Below, in pieces: positions 23,216-34,399 of a stretch of 64,000 nt of DNA. The stretch is taken from positions 96,286,001 to 96,350,000 of the forward strand of contig NC_083230.1 of assembly GCF_032191835.1 (NCBI RefSeq). The letters run 5' to 3'. A program made the position numbers and the translations under genes. The notes under the pieces were generated by a model. The model saw nothing but the letters and a program-made list of their open reading frames with translations, did not search any database and was not told where the DNA came from. Each line of letters starts with the position of its first letter. Within the stretch, counting starts at the first letter, position 1. This DNA comes from Heteronotia binoei (lineage: Eukaryota).

Positions 23216-24481
23216 AGAGAATGGGGTTTAAATCCCCATTCAGCCGTGAAGTTAGTTCACTGGGTAACTTTGGGCATCTCTCTCTCTCTCTTTCTCATTC
23301 ACCGCCTAACCTGCCTTATAGGGTTGCAATGAGAAGGGTGGAGGCATGGAGCCCATTTCCTTGAAGGAAAAGTATTTGTGTGGGGGAAATGTGATACATT
23401 ATCTATTACACACAATCCTACCCTAAAATACCAGTTCATGAGTTCAGGAAAAAACAGTTTTTATTTCTAAAATGAGAGCTATAACATGTAATGGGCTTAG
23501 AAGGCAGGACAGACCCCTGTGGACGGACCCATTCCGCCCCTCCCCTAGCACGCTTGTGCTTTGCTGGCAAAGTTCTATAGCCATTTTTCTTTCCATGTTG
23601 GTTTTAAGCACCATGATTTGAGGCAATGATATGGCCATTTCTGATGCTCTAAAACAACTGAGAAAATCCTTGCCAGTAGCAAAGAGAAAACACAACTACC
23701 TGGGGCACTACCCAGCCATACATGCAACTGAAGAGAAAGACATTTTATTTTTCTCACAACCTGCCCCTCCCTAGACTCCAGCAGTCACTTTGACCAATTG
23801 TTGAATCACCTACATCCAAAGGGGGAGGGGGAGGCAGGCTGCTTGCAAGCCTCTGTTGCTATGGAAACCAGAGGAGAGACTGAGGGAAGCAAAAGACTGA
23901 AGGAGAGGACAACTTGAGAATAGAAATCAGGGCTTCTTTTCTCCTCCCTCCCCCGTTTTCGTTTGCCAGTCTATATTTCAGACACGAGCTGTACAATTTA
24001 TTTGTTAAAAAAAGAACGGGAGCCAAGCTTTCGTTCACTGAACAATTTCTCCACCCCACCCCGCTTTGCATTTTCTTATGCTCCACCTCCTTTCGAGTTA
24101 GCCTATCACTATTTGTCCCACATTCAGTTAAAAAAATTACTGCATCATAAATTTCTCTCACTATTCTCCAGCCTTCCTTTCCTCTAAGTGAAAGTCTAAT
24201 CATTTTTAATTTGAACTCTCACTTGCAGCTCTCCAGGGGAGAAGAGTGAGGATGGAGGGGTAGGAAATGGAATTTGGCACTTATTTGGCTTCTGTCTGAG
24301 GGCTGGGGGAACACTACGGATTTCAAGCTGACTCAAATACTGTATCACACCCATCTCTTTTTCTCCTCTTCTCCCTATCTTTGTTTGCAGACTCAATCTT
24401 GAAATATTTTTGTTGGATTTTTCAGAGGCATTCTTGATATTCATCTTTTTCTATTAAAAAGCTATAGTTTCAAAAGGTGGT

Positions 24482-24695
24482 AGTGGAAAGTGCCATCCAA
24501 TCGCAGATGACTTATGGCAACCCTATGCAGTTTTCAAGGCAAGGGACATTTAGCAGTGTTTTGCCATTGCCTGCCTCCACCTCACAACCCTGGACGTTCT
24601 TGGAGATCTCCCATCCAAGTATCAAGAAGAGCTGATCCTGCTTTTGTTGCTGAGATCTAATGAGATTGAGCTACCCCTGGTTATCCAGGTCAGGA
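24482..24695 (-). mobile_element. 5S-derived SINE
   Basis: gatctcccatccaagtatc (C-box complement) and ttatggcaaccctat tail. Confidence 0.65.
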
Positions 24696-24954
24696 AATAA
24701 CCTCACTCATTTTAAAATCCAGCAGAATATCTTTTAAAGGGCACTGATGAGAAGTTTTCATATGTGCCTCAGAGCTAGGCTAGAAGCTCCAGATAGAAAC
24801 CTCTGCAGCTGCTGGACTTCACTAATTTAACATGTCTCATTCTAATCTGGAGGGCTGGGAACATAGTTTACAAAAATTTAAAGTGCTAGAGAAAAGAAAC
24901 AACTAGTAGGTTCAAATCATCATGTGTTTGGGACACAGAGACAGACACCGCCCA

Positions 24955-25170
24955 TAAGAACATAAGAGAAGCAATGTTGGATCAGGCCAATGGCCTATCC
25001 AGTCCAACACTCTGCATCACAGAGTGACCAAAAAAACCAGGTGCCATCAGGAGGTCCATCAGTGGGATGAGGACACTAAAAGCCCTCCCACTGCGCTCCC
25101 CCCAAGCACCAAGAATACAGAGCATCACTGCTCCAGACAGAGAGTTCCAACAATACGCTGTGGCCTACTG
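24955..25170 (-). mobile_element. CR1 3' UTR fragment
   Basis: cataagaacataagagaagcaatgttggatcagg. Confidence 0.8.
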
Positions 25171-25377
25171 TGGTTCTGAATACCTCCTTAGGTTCACCAG
25201 GTCACAGTGGTGCAGTAACTTTAAATATACACATGGCAGAATTCCTGTCAAGGCATGTTCTTCAGACCTAGTAAATCATGGCTATGTGGATCATGATTTC
25301 CAGCTGTCTAAGCTTCCTTTGCCTTCCCAAGTCCTTCCTGCCAGTGGTGTACAAACCCAGTCCTACTTTCTATTAAA

Positions 25378-25470
25378 ATAAAGCAAAAGTCCAGTGGCAC
25401 CTTGAAGACTGACAACATTTATTTTAATATGAGCTTTCATGAATCACCGCTCATTTCTTCAGATATGTAA
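25378..25470 (-). mobile_element. Penelope-like terminal fragment with hammerhead-like core
   Basis: Minus strand ctgaagaaatgagcggtgattcatgaaagc (25435-25462) plus agtccagtggcaccttgaagac. Confidence 0.55.
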
Positions 25471-26436
25471 GGAAATCTGAGAATCCTTCTTAATGGGGCA
25501 TGTTATTTGCAAGGGGGTGGAATTTAACTCAGAGGGTTAATTCCATCAAGTATAGATGTGGACCTATGCTTGAAAAAATATATGACGGAATTAATACCCT
25601 GCCAACTCCCGAGGTTGCAATTGACATATATTTTCCATCTCTTTTCCTCTCTCCATATTCTGGTGCCTTTTAACTGTAGCAATAAAATTAAACAGGGGCA
25701 GCTTGTTTTGACCATTTACATCTCCATTCGAAGAAAAGCTTCATCCCCTTCCATTTCTGCAAGGCTGCTCTTCAAGGCCGAGAAACTGTGCCAATAAGAG
25801 AGCAATATTAGTCACTAACACCTGGTCCCCAAATAAAAGTAAAATAAAGCATTGTTTTCCCCCTTCTCTTTTAAAAAAACATAAAAGCATTTTCAGCATG
25901 TTAATTCAGCTTGTTTTGTAAAGGCTGTTTTCCCCCAGTGGTCTTTAATTCTTGATTTCCAGGTTGGGGGTGGGAAAGGGGAAATTGACTCAGTGTGGTG
26001 GGTTGTGATTAGATGCATCCCAAATTCACTGGTTAGTAATTATCTCATTAATATGCAGCCTTGTCTTAGGAAGAATTCGTAATAAGAGCTTCCAACCTTC
26101 TGAGCTCTGTTCTTTCTGCAAACAGTTGAATTGTTGCTCTCAAGAGCTGTGTTGTGGTACCAGTAGGATCAGCTCAAACTAATTAAGCATCTACCTCTTC
26201 CAAATACATTCCAGAAAAAAATCCAGTCCCCTCCCACCTTCCCCAAATGTATGCTCTTATAAGGATAGGGTTTCCAAAGGAACAAAAAACCCTGACCTGA
26301 CCTGCTACTGTAGCTTTAATCACTGCTTGCTAGAAATTAGTATATGCCATGATCCACAGCATGGAAAACAATTTTATCACAAAGAGTCAGACTTGACTGT
26401 GCAACTGAACAACAACAAAAAGCCCATGTAAACCAT

Positions 26437-26699
26437 GACTGATTTTGCACTCACCCTACACTGCTCTGACATTCCTCTTTTCAGCATTGGGTCCTTCTGA
26501 TTTCCCACTATCTGCCCCGGGGCTTCAGCTTGCGTTGGTTTTTTTGCGTGGCAAAGAGAAACTGCTAAAAAACAGTTTCTCTTTGCCACACAAAATGGCA
26601 ATCTTTGCTGAAGCCCGGGGGCAGATAGTGAGAAATTGGAAGGAAGCTGCGCTGAAAAGAGGAACGTCAGAGCAGTGTAGGGTGAGTGGGAAATTGGTC
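26437..26699. mobile_element. Palindromic PIF/Harbinger-like MITE
   Basis: Arms ctcaccctacactgctctgacattcctcttttcagc / gctgaaaagaggaacgtcagagcagtgtagggtgag; central hairpin gcaaagagaaactg...cagtttctctttgc. Confidence 0.7.
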
Positions 26700-26872
26700 C
26701 TTGACTTGGATAGCTCAGGCTAGCCTGATCTCATCAGATTTTGGAAGCTACTGTGCAAAAGCGGGCAATGGCAAACTACCTCTGCTCAGCTCTTGCCTTG
26801 AAAACCCTGAAGGGTCACCATAAGCCAGAACTTGATGATACTTTCACCACCACCAGTCTGGTTAAAGACTGG

Positions 26873-27338
26873 GACCAATTCCTTTCTAGCCTTATGCCGC
26901 CCTCACGCTCTTCTTCTCCCCAGGACTTCTGTCAGATTTCACACTTTCTGCCCCGGGGCTGCAAATAACTTCACCTTTTTTGCGCGGCAAACAGAAACCG
27001 GTTTTTAGAGGATCTTGTTTGCTGCACGAAAGAGGCGGAGCTAGTTTCAGCCCCAGGGCAGAAAGTGTGAAATCTGACAGAAACCCTGGGGAGAAGAGGA
27101 GCATGAGGGTGGCATAAGGCTAGAAAGGAATTGGTCCCAGTCTTTAACCAGACTGGTGGTGGTGAAAGTATCATCAAGTTCTGGCTTATGGTGACCCTTC
27201 AGGGTTTTCAAGGATCTTGTTTGCTGCACGAAAGAGGCGGAGCTAGTTTCAGCTCCAGGGCAGAAAGTGTGAAATCTGACAGAAACCCTGCAGAGAAGAG
27301 GAGAGTGAGAGCAGCATAAGGCTAGTGGAGAATTGGAG
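26873..27338. mobile_element. Harbinger-like MITE containing an inverted-duplication rearrangement
   Basis: TIR gaccaattcc; possible TSD tgg; same family as 40718; right arm present twice. Confidence 0.7.
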
Positions 27339-28693
27339 TGGGTTTTTGAAGGCCAGAGTCTTTGCTATACCCAGGAATGATCTACTGTGGAATCGGTTAG
27401 AATCCCCCATGCAGAAACGATCTCTGTTGTTCCATTTTCACAAAATGAAACTGTGAACATAAACATAAAGATGCTGCCACCACTTGAGCATGAAATGTGC
27501 CTTTTATTTAACTTGATACCTGGCAATTGAGTGAAATTCTTATTGATGCAGCAGAAGAAAGGAGAAGTGAAGGGGAAATGGTGGAATTAGGAATAAGGCA
27601 GGCATGGCTAGGCTTCCTCGACAGAGTTATATGCTGCTGTATTTCCATTCCTGTGTCAATCCATTGGTTGGTCTCTCCTGAGCAAGGACCAGCAATGCAT
27701 TACAATTCTACTGCAGCAGTATTCAGAAGGGATTCAGAATCTTAAGTGGTTTATCTTGAGACCTCAGTGTGGGAAGAAAAACGCCACCAGCCAGTTATAG
27801 ACCCACCTCAATCTGATTAGTCCTCCAGAAAAATCCAATCTACAGTTGGAAAGAAAAAAAAACCCCTGATGCATGGAAAAAGTAGCCTCAGAGCAGATTT
27901 CATTCTTTGTGTATTCAGTTGATCAGAACGATGACAAGCATGTAGTTCATGGAAAGGGAAGGGAAGTTATCTTGCTGGAACTTGGAAACAAAAATCATCA
28001 TCTACCCATCATCAGCTTGTGATGTGCCAATGATGTGGGTCATTGCTTGGCCAAGACAAAGAATTGCTGATTTGGGCTACCTAAATTTGAACAGGATCAC
28101 CTACCTCAGACACAGATGATTTATCCTGTTGCCCCTAGTGGTTTCTTCTATTTCCTGTTTTTCCCCTCTCCTGTCCTGATCTTGCTTAAAGCAATGTACC
28201 CCTTTTCTTTGATTTCTCCAACTTTGACTTCAAAATACAAACCCATTTAAGCTTTAGCCTTTGGCATCCTGGCATGAATTTTTGTAAGGGTTGTTATGTA
28301 CACAGAAGAGCCACAGACAACCATCTGGAAGACTAAAACTGTGGCTTGATTCACAAATTCAGCAACTGGCATGACTCTCCTTCCCCCAGTGTTCATCCAG
28401 GACTGAAGCTTCATGAAACTGCAAGACTATCTGGATCTTTTTCGTAGAGGTGTCCCCTGATTGGTCTTGAGAAGTGCCTTCTCCTTAACTACATCTGCCC
28501 ACTTTAAAAGAGACTTATATGAAACTAGGGTTCATTTATTCTTGCAACTATCTCTCTTAGGGCTGCCAGGTCTTACCTGGCTCCCAGTGGGGGATCTTCT
28601 TCACACACACTTTGTGCACCCAGTGTGATGATGTCACCTGGAAGTGATGCTGTTGTGCTGGGCACATTTGGGGGGGGGGGGCATGCTCTAACA

Positions 28694-29408
28694 CAGGGGT
28701 GGCAAACATGCAGCCTGGGGGCAGGATCAGGCCCCTGGCAGGCTTTTATCAGGCTCCTGAGCAACTGGTTGCCATCTGTTTCCTTCTCCCTCTCTCTTGC
28801 TTCCTTCTGCATCACAGCTTGCTTTGTCAGGCTTGCTCAATCGCACAGGAGCTACAGAGCAAAGCCTCTATTTTTTCCATTGGCTGGGGAAAGAGGAGGA
28901 ATAGCTTGCTTTGCCAGGCTGTCTCAATTGCATAGTGGAACTACTGAGTCAAGCCTTTCTTCCTTCTATTGGCTGAGGCTCCTCCCCCTCCTGGTCCCCT
29001 GGCGAAGGAAAGAAAGAGCCAGAGCTTCCTTTTCCCAGTTCCCTGGATCCCATGGGAGAGATACAAAGAAAACACTTTTTTTTAAAGGGCAACTTTTTTA
29101 AAAAAAACTTTCCTTAAGAAAACAACAACCATCTTTTCAATATTACAGGCAATACTTTTCCACATTTTAGTTTCTGGCCTTTAAACTCTTCTTGGTTCCT
29201 TTGCCTTGGAGCTTATGTCTTTAAGACCAATGCGTACTAATGTTTTAAGCATGTTTTATTGTAAGCTTTTAAAAGATCTTTGTGATTGTCTGTGTCCTTT
29301 ATGAAGTTTATATCTCTGCTACCTGCCATTACATTTTGTTACCTGCATGGCCCAGCCCAACAAGGTCTCATTTATGTCCCTCCATAACGAATGAATTTGA
29401 CACCTCTA
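28694..29408. mobile_element. Charlie-type hAT MITE nested in an older TAGGGCTGCC-type element (about 28558-29680)
   Basis: Homologous to the 15148 copy; TSD ctctaaca/ctctagca. Confidence 0.85.
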
Positions 29409-29537
29409 CTCTAGCACTTTGGGAAAAACTATGATTATCATAAAGTCCTTCCCAGTCCCCACCCGCCGCCAAAAATAAATAGTAGAGCATTCCCCTGCAA
29501 CATATCCTGCATGATAACATCACTTCTGCCTGATGTC

Positions 29538-29655
29538 CAGGGCTGTTTTTGTAGGAAAAGCCCAGCAGGAACTCATTTGCATATTAGGCCACACCTCTTG
29601 GCACCAAGCCAGCTGGAACTGCATTCCTGTGCATTCCTGCTCAAAAAAAGCCCTT
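29538..29655. mobile_element. Short asymmetric CAGGGCTTTTT-family MITE
   Basis: Perfect TSD ctgatgtc; a truncated related arm follows at 29683-29765. Confidence 0.85.
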
Positions 29656-30859
29656 CTGATGTCATTGCACCAGGTGCATCACCAGGAGTGGAATTCAAGC
29701 AGGAGCTCCTTTGCATATTAGGCCACACACCCCTGATATAACCAATCCTCCAAGAGCTTACAAGGAACCCACTCTGTCTGTCACATTGGTATAAAACCTT
29801 TTCACAAAGGAACTCAGAGCAACAGACTAGGTTGTCCATTTTACCCTCAGGATAACTGTGTAAGGTCGGTTAGGCACAGCAAGAGCATCTAGCCCAAGGC
29901 TGGTGAGATTTGTGGTTGAATGGATTTTGAACCCAGCTCTCCCCAGACACTCTAACTGCTACACCTCACTGAGTCTCAGGTTATTTGCTTGGAGTTCAAG
30001 CATTCAAGACTGATTCTCAGTAGTTCATCAAAATTCAAAAATTTTAGTGGAGGCCTGAACCGCAGCTAGAGTTCCCCTGCATTTTTGATGGATAGAAAGC
30101 TGAGAATCCTTCCTGATTAACTGTTATAATTTAAGGTGGGGGTGCGTGGGAGATTTCCCTCCTTGTCTCCTTGTGACAAGGGTCATTTGCATATATGCTT
30201 GAAAGAAGCCACCTCGTCCCTCATGTTTGCCTTTCCACTGTGTCTTAGTCATTGTCACCTGCAGTCACGATCCGCCATGACATCTCCACAGCAACCGGCA
30301 GGAAGGTCACAAGCAAAGGACAATATTCATACAACAAGAGGCCGAGCACCATTCTCACAGAGGCCATCAGCCTATGGACTTCAGGACAGCCCGCAATCTT
30401 CAGAACCTGACATGATCAGGTCACACTGGAGGATATTGTAGAAGTGCACTTAAACATATGAGATAAAAAGGAGGGTTTTTCTTCTCCCTTGCATGAACAG
30501 CATAATAAAAACGAAGCAAAAAGTAGGTTTGCCTGGAAATAGAAACCTCTTTAAAAGTTTTCTAAAAGTCCCTGCTGGGTCTTTTAAAAAAACAAAGGCA
30601 AAACATTTACACGCCAGTAAAAATCAAAGGAGCAATTAACCCTTGTGCCCACTCCTCTCCTGCCACCCCTTTTGTGCTGAGGTTGATCAATAATCCTCTC
30701 CAATGAAATAAGCAGTTTTCTTCTTCTGTGAATCACAGCTGTAATTTCCACATCTTGGCTCTTCCGTTTCTCTGAAGTCAAAGTCTTTTTAAAAATGGTT
30801 TCAAGGAGGGTCTTTTGATAACTGTTTCTTCATCTGTGATAAAACAAACAATGGCTGAG

Positions 30860-30885
30860 GAGAGAGAGAGAGAGAGAGAGAGAGA
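30860..30885. repeat. (GA)n microsatellite
   Basis: About 13 GA units. Confidence 0.9.
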
Positions 30886-31280
30886 TTGATGATGGATGTG
30901 ATAATTCAATCACGGTCTTTTGATGATCTATTAAATTACTCGATGCCTCCAGATGCCCCTCTAACTGGGAAGGGACTTTTGCAGCTCTGTGCAATCATGC
31001 TTTGCCTTAACCTATAAATAACCCCAGGCATTTGGAGGTCAGACTGTAGGGTTGCCAACTGGGAGGGAGCCCATTCTAGCTTGTTATGTGCCTTTAAAAG
31101 CAGCTTGGTGTGCAAAGATAGCAGACAGCATTTTTTGTTTTTAACAGCATGGTGGTAAAGCAAGATCAACTATTGAGATGTTTTCAAAGGCACAAGAAGG
31201 TTTTTTTTGTTTTTTTTTTAAATTGCAATTCTATCAGTTTGGCAGGTGGGCATCTCTGGTTCCACTGGCAATCATTTAGT

Positions 31281-34200
31281 TTATTTATTTATTTATTTTA
31301 TTTATTTGGGATTTATATCCCGCCCTTCCCACGAATGGCTCAGGGCGGCTTCCAACAATTAAACAAACTTAAAATTAAACAATTTCAAATATAAAACAGT
31401 TAAATAGTTAAACAGTTAAAACATTAAAACAGAGTAATTCAGTTTCCTGTAAACAGATGGCTGGCCAGTTTCCTCAAGTTGTTATCCTAGGTAAATGTAG
31501 GCTAGGTATAGGCTAGCCGGAAGAGGGTCGTCTTACAGGCCCTGCGGAACTGCGCCAAGTCCCGCAGGGCCCTCACCTCTTCCGGCAGCTGATTCCACCA
31601 TACGGGGGCCATAACGGAGAAAGCCCTTTCCCTGGTGGCTTTCAGACGGGCTTCTTTTGGCCCGGGGATAGTGAGGAGATTTTGTGTTCCTGACCTCAGT
31701 GCTCTCTGGGGAACATGTGGGGAGAGACGGTCCTTCAGGTAGGCAGGTCCCAGGCCATATAGGGCTTTAAAGGTAATAACCAGCACCTTGTACCGGACTC
31801 GGTATATCACTGGAAGCCAGTGCAGAGTCCGGAGACCCGGCTGGATGTGTTCCCACTTTGGGAGACCCAATAACAGCCGGGCCGCGGCATTCTGCACCAG
31901 CTGCAGTTTCCGGGTCCGAGACAAGGGCAGCCCCATGTAGAGGGCGTTGCAGTAGTCCAACCTTGAGGTGACCGTAGCATGGATCACTGTTGCTAGGTCG
32001 TCGCGCTCCAGAAAGGGGGCCAGCTGCCTTGCCCGTCTAAGATGAAAAAATGCGGACTTGGCAGCGGCTGCTATCTGAGCCTCCATCTTTAAAGAAGGCT
32101 CCAATAGCACTACCAAGTTCCTGACCCTGTCCGTCGCCATAAGCGGCGCACCATCAAAAGCCGGCAGGGGGATCCCCCTCCCCGGGCCGCGGCAGCCCAA
32201 GCAAAGGACCTCTGTCTTCGTAGGATTTAACTTCAGCCCACTCAGTCTGAGCCACTCAGCCACGGCCCGTAGTGCCTGGTCAAGATTTTCCGGGGCGCAG
32301 ACAGGCTGGCCATCCATCAGTAGATAGAGCTGGGTGTCATCAGCATACTGGTGACACCCCAACCCATACCTTCGGGCAATCTGGGCAAGAGGCCGCATGT
32401 AGATGTTAAATAACATCGGGGAGAGAACCGCCCCTTGGGGCACGCCACAATCAAGTGAGCGCCTCCGAGACAGCTCCCCCCCAATTGCGACCCTTTGTCC
32501 CCGACCTTCCAGGAAAGAGGAAAGCCACTGTAAGGCCAACCCCTGAATCCCTGCGTCGGCGAGGCGGCACGTCAGTAGCCGATGGTCGACCGTGTCGAAC
32601 GCCGCCGACAGGTCTAACAACATCAGCACCGCCGAGCCACCCCGATCCAGATGCCGTTGAAGGTCATCCACTAAGGCAACCAACACTGTCTCCGTCTCGT
32701 GTCCCGGGCGAAAGCCGGACTGAAATGGGTCGAGGACGGAAGTGTCATCCAGGAAAGTCTGTAACTGCTTCGCCACTGCCCTCTCAATAAGTTTACCCGG
32801 AAAGGGCAAATTTGAAACCGGCCGATAGTGTGTCAATTGGGCCGGATCTAAAGATGGCTTTTTTAAGAGGGGTCGGACCACAGCCTCTTTAAGTGGTGTT
32901 GGAAAGTGCCCTTCCGTTAGGGATCTATTTATGATATCCCGCACGGGATATCTAAGGTCCCCCTGGCAAGATTTAATAAGCCAGGAAGGGCATGGGTCTA
33001 ATTTACAAGTTGTTGGGCGAGCAGATACAAGAATCCTGTCAACTTCCTCCAGACTGAGGGGGTCAAAGCCATCCAGTATATAATCCGAGGACAGGCTCGG
33101 GGCCTCAGGTTCGCTAACTGTCTCCAAACTGGCAGGGGGGTCGGGGCGGAGTGATGCGACTTTATCCGCAAAAAATTTCACAAAAGCCTCACAGCCTATT
33201 TCCAATTCAGTAGAATTTAACCTGCCTTGCGGCAGCGTAGTAAGTCCTCTAATTACGTCAAATAATTGTGCCGGGCGCGAAGTTGCGGATGCAATCTTAG
33301 CCGCAAAGAATGCTCTCTTTGCGGATTTGATTGCCATCTCATAGGCCTTCAAACTCTCTCTATAAGATGCTCGGGTCACTTCGTCTCGAGTACGCCGCCA
33401 TTGCCTCTCTAGTCGTCTGAGCCCCCGCTTTTGTTGCCGCAGCTCCCGGTTAAACCAGGGCGACGGTTTCGGGCGGGGGCGCAGAGGGCGCCTGGGTGCG
33501 ATCTCCTCGATGGCCCTGGAGAGCCCATTGTTCCAGGACTCTACCAGACCATCCAGGGAATCACCAGTGGGCCAGGTATCCCGTAGAGCTGTTAGGAACC
33601 GTTCCGGGTCCATCAGGCTCCGCGGGTGAGCTAAAATACGCTCTCCGCCTAAACGGGTTTTGGGTGATACCTCCATACAGGCCTTGAGGGCAAAGTGATC
33701 TGACCATGGCACTGCTTCCATAGCAATATCAGTCACTGATATTCCAGCCGCAAAGACCAGGTCTAACATGTGTCCCGCCTGATGAGTGGGTGTTGTAACA
33801 ACCTGGGAGAGTCCTAGTGTCGCCATGGATGACACCAGGTCCATCGCCTGGCTGGATGCCGCGTCATCGGCATGGACATTGAAGTCACCCAAGACCAAAA
33901 GCCTTGGGTGCTCCAACGCCCAGCCCGCCGCGGCCTCCACCAGGGATGGTAAGGCGCCGGCCGGTGCGTTAGGCGGTCGGTACACCAGCCAGATCGCCAA
34001 CCCCTCCCCAACATCCCACATCAGGCCAACACATTCAACACCCGGGATCTCTGGAGCCGGAAGAGCCCTAAAGGAGTAAGCCTCTCGTATGAAAAGTGCC
34101 ACCCCGCCCCCCCGCCCGCTAGTCCGTGACTGGTGAAAGACCGAGTATCCCGGGGGAACGGTCTGGGAGAGAGCTACCGTCTCCCCTTCGCGCACCCAGG

Positions 34201-34399
34201 TCTCGGTCACGCAAGCCAGGTCCATATCCTGTTCGATCAGGAACTCCTGCAGGACAGAGGTCTTATTATTAATGGACCTGGCGTTGCATAACACCAGTGA
34301 CGGAGGCGAGTAATTCAACCTGGCCCCACTACCTGTCACCGTCGGGATGGGACGAAGGCTGGAAGGGGGTCGAGCACTGTTGTGTCTCGATCTCCTTCC
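31281..34399 (-). mobile_element. Young 5'-truncated L2-clade LINE
   Basis: Intact ORF2; 3' UTR ending gaagccgccctgagcc...gggcgggatataaatccc(AAAT)n; candidate TSD tttagt (31275-31280 / 34400-34405). Confidence 0.92.
31502..34339 (-). CDS. L2 LINE ORF2: AP-endonuclease plus reverse transcriptase (945 aa)
   Basis: EN motifs NARS, ETW, GDFN, TH..GH.LDL, SDH; RT motifs QSGFR, LDLSAAFDTVDH, GVPQG, YADD; C-terminal LHWLPV...FRRACKTTLF typical of L2; no internal stops. Confidence 0.95.
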   Translation of the reverse strand: MTGSGARLNYSPPSLVLCNARSINNKTSVLQEFLIEQDMDLACVTETWVREGETVALSQTVPPGYSVFHQSRTSGRGGGVALFIREAYSFRALPAPEIPGVECVGLMWDVGEGLAIWLVYRPPNAPAGALPSLVEAAAGWALEHPRLLVLGDFNVHADDAASSQAMDLVSSMATLGLSQVVTTPTHQAGHMLDLVFAAGISVTDIAMEAVPWSDHFALKACMEVSPKTRLGGERILAHPRSLMDPERFLTALRDTWPTGDSLDGLVESWNNGLSRAIEEIAPRRPLRPRPKPSPWFNRELRQQKRGLRRLERQWRRTRDEVTRASYRESLKAYEMAIKSAKRAFFAAKIASATSRPAQLFDVIRGLTTLPQGRLNSTELEIGCEAFVKFFADKVASLRPDPPASLETVSEPEAPSLSSDYILDGFDPLSLEEVDRILVSARPTTCKLDPCPSWLIKSCQGDLRYPVRDIINRSLTEGHFPTPLKEAVVRPLLKKPSLDPAQLTHYRPVSNLPFPGKLIERAVAKQLQTFLDDTSVLDPFQSGFRPGHETETVLVALVDDLQRHLDRGGSAVLMLLDLSAAFDTVDHRLLTCRLADAGIQGLALQWLSSFLEGRGQRVAIGGELSRRRSLDCGVPQGAVLSPMLFNIYMRPLAQIARRYGLGCHQYADDTQLYLLMDGQPVCAPENLDQALRAVAEWLRLSGLKLNPTKTEVLCLGCRGPGRGIPLPAFDGAPLMATDRVRNLVVLLEPSLKMEAQIAAAAKSAFFHLRRARQLAPFLERDDLATVIHATVTSRLDYCNALYMGLPLSRTRKLQLVQNAAARLLLGLPKWEHIQPGLRTLHWLPVIYRVRYKVLVITFKALYGLGPAYLKDRLSPHVPQRALRSGTQNLLTIPGPKEARLKATRERAFSVMAPVWWNQLPEEVRALRDLAQFRRACKTTLFRLAYT

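Noticed and set aside
32455-34079. Antisense ORFs inside the L2 element
   Set aside because: Expected by-product of GC-rich coding sequence
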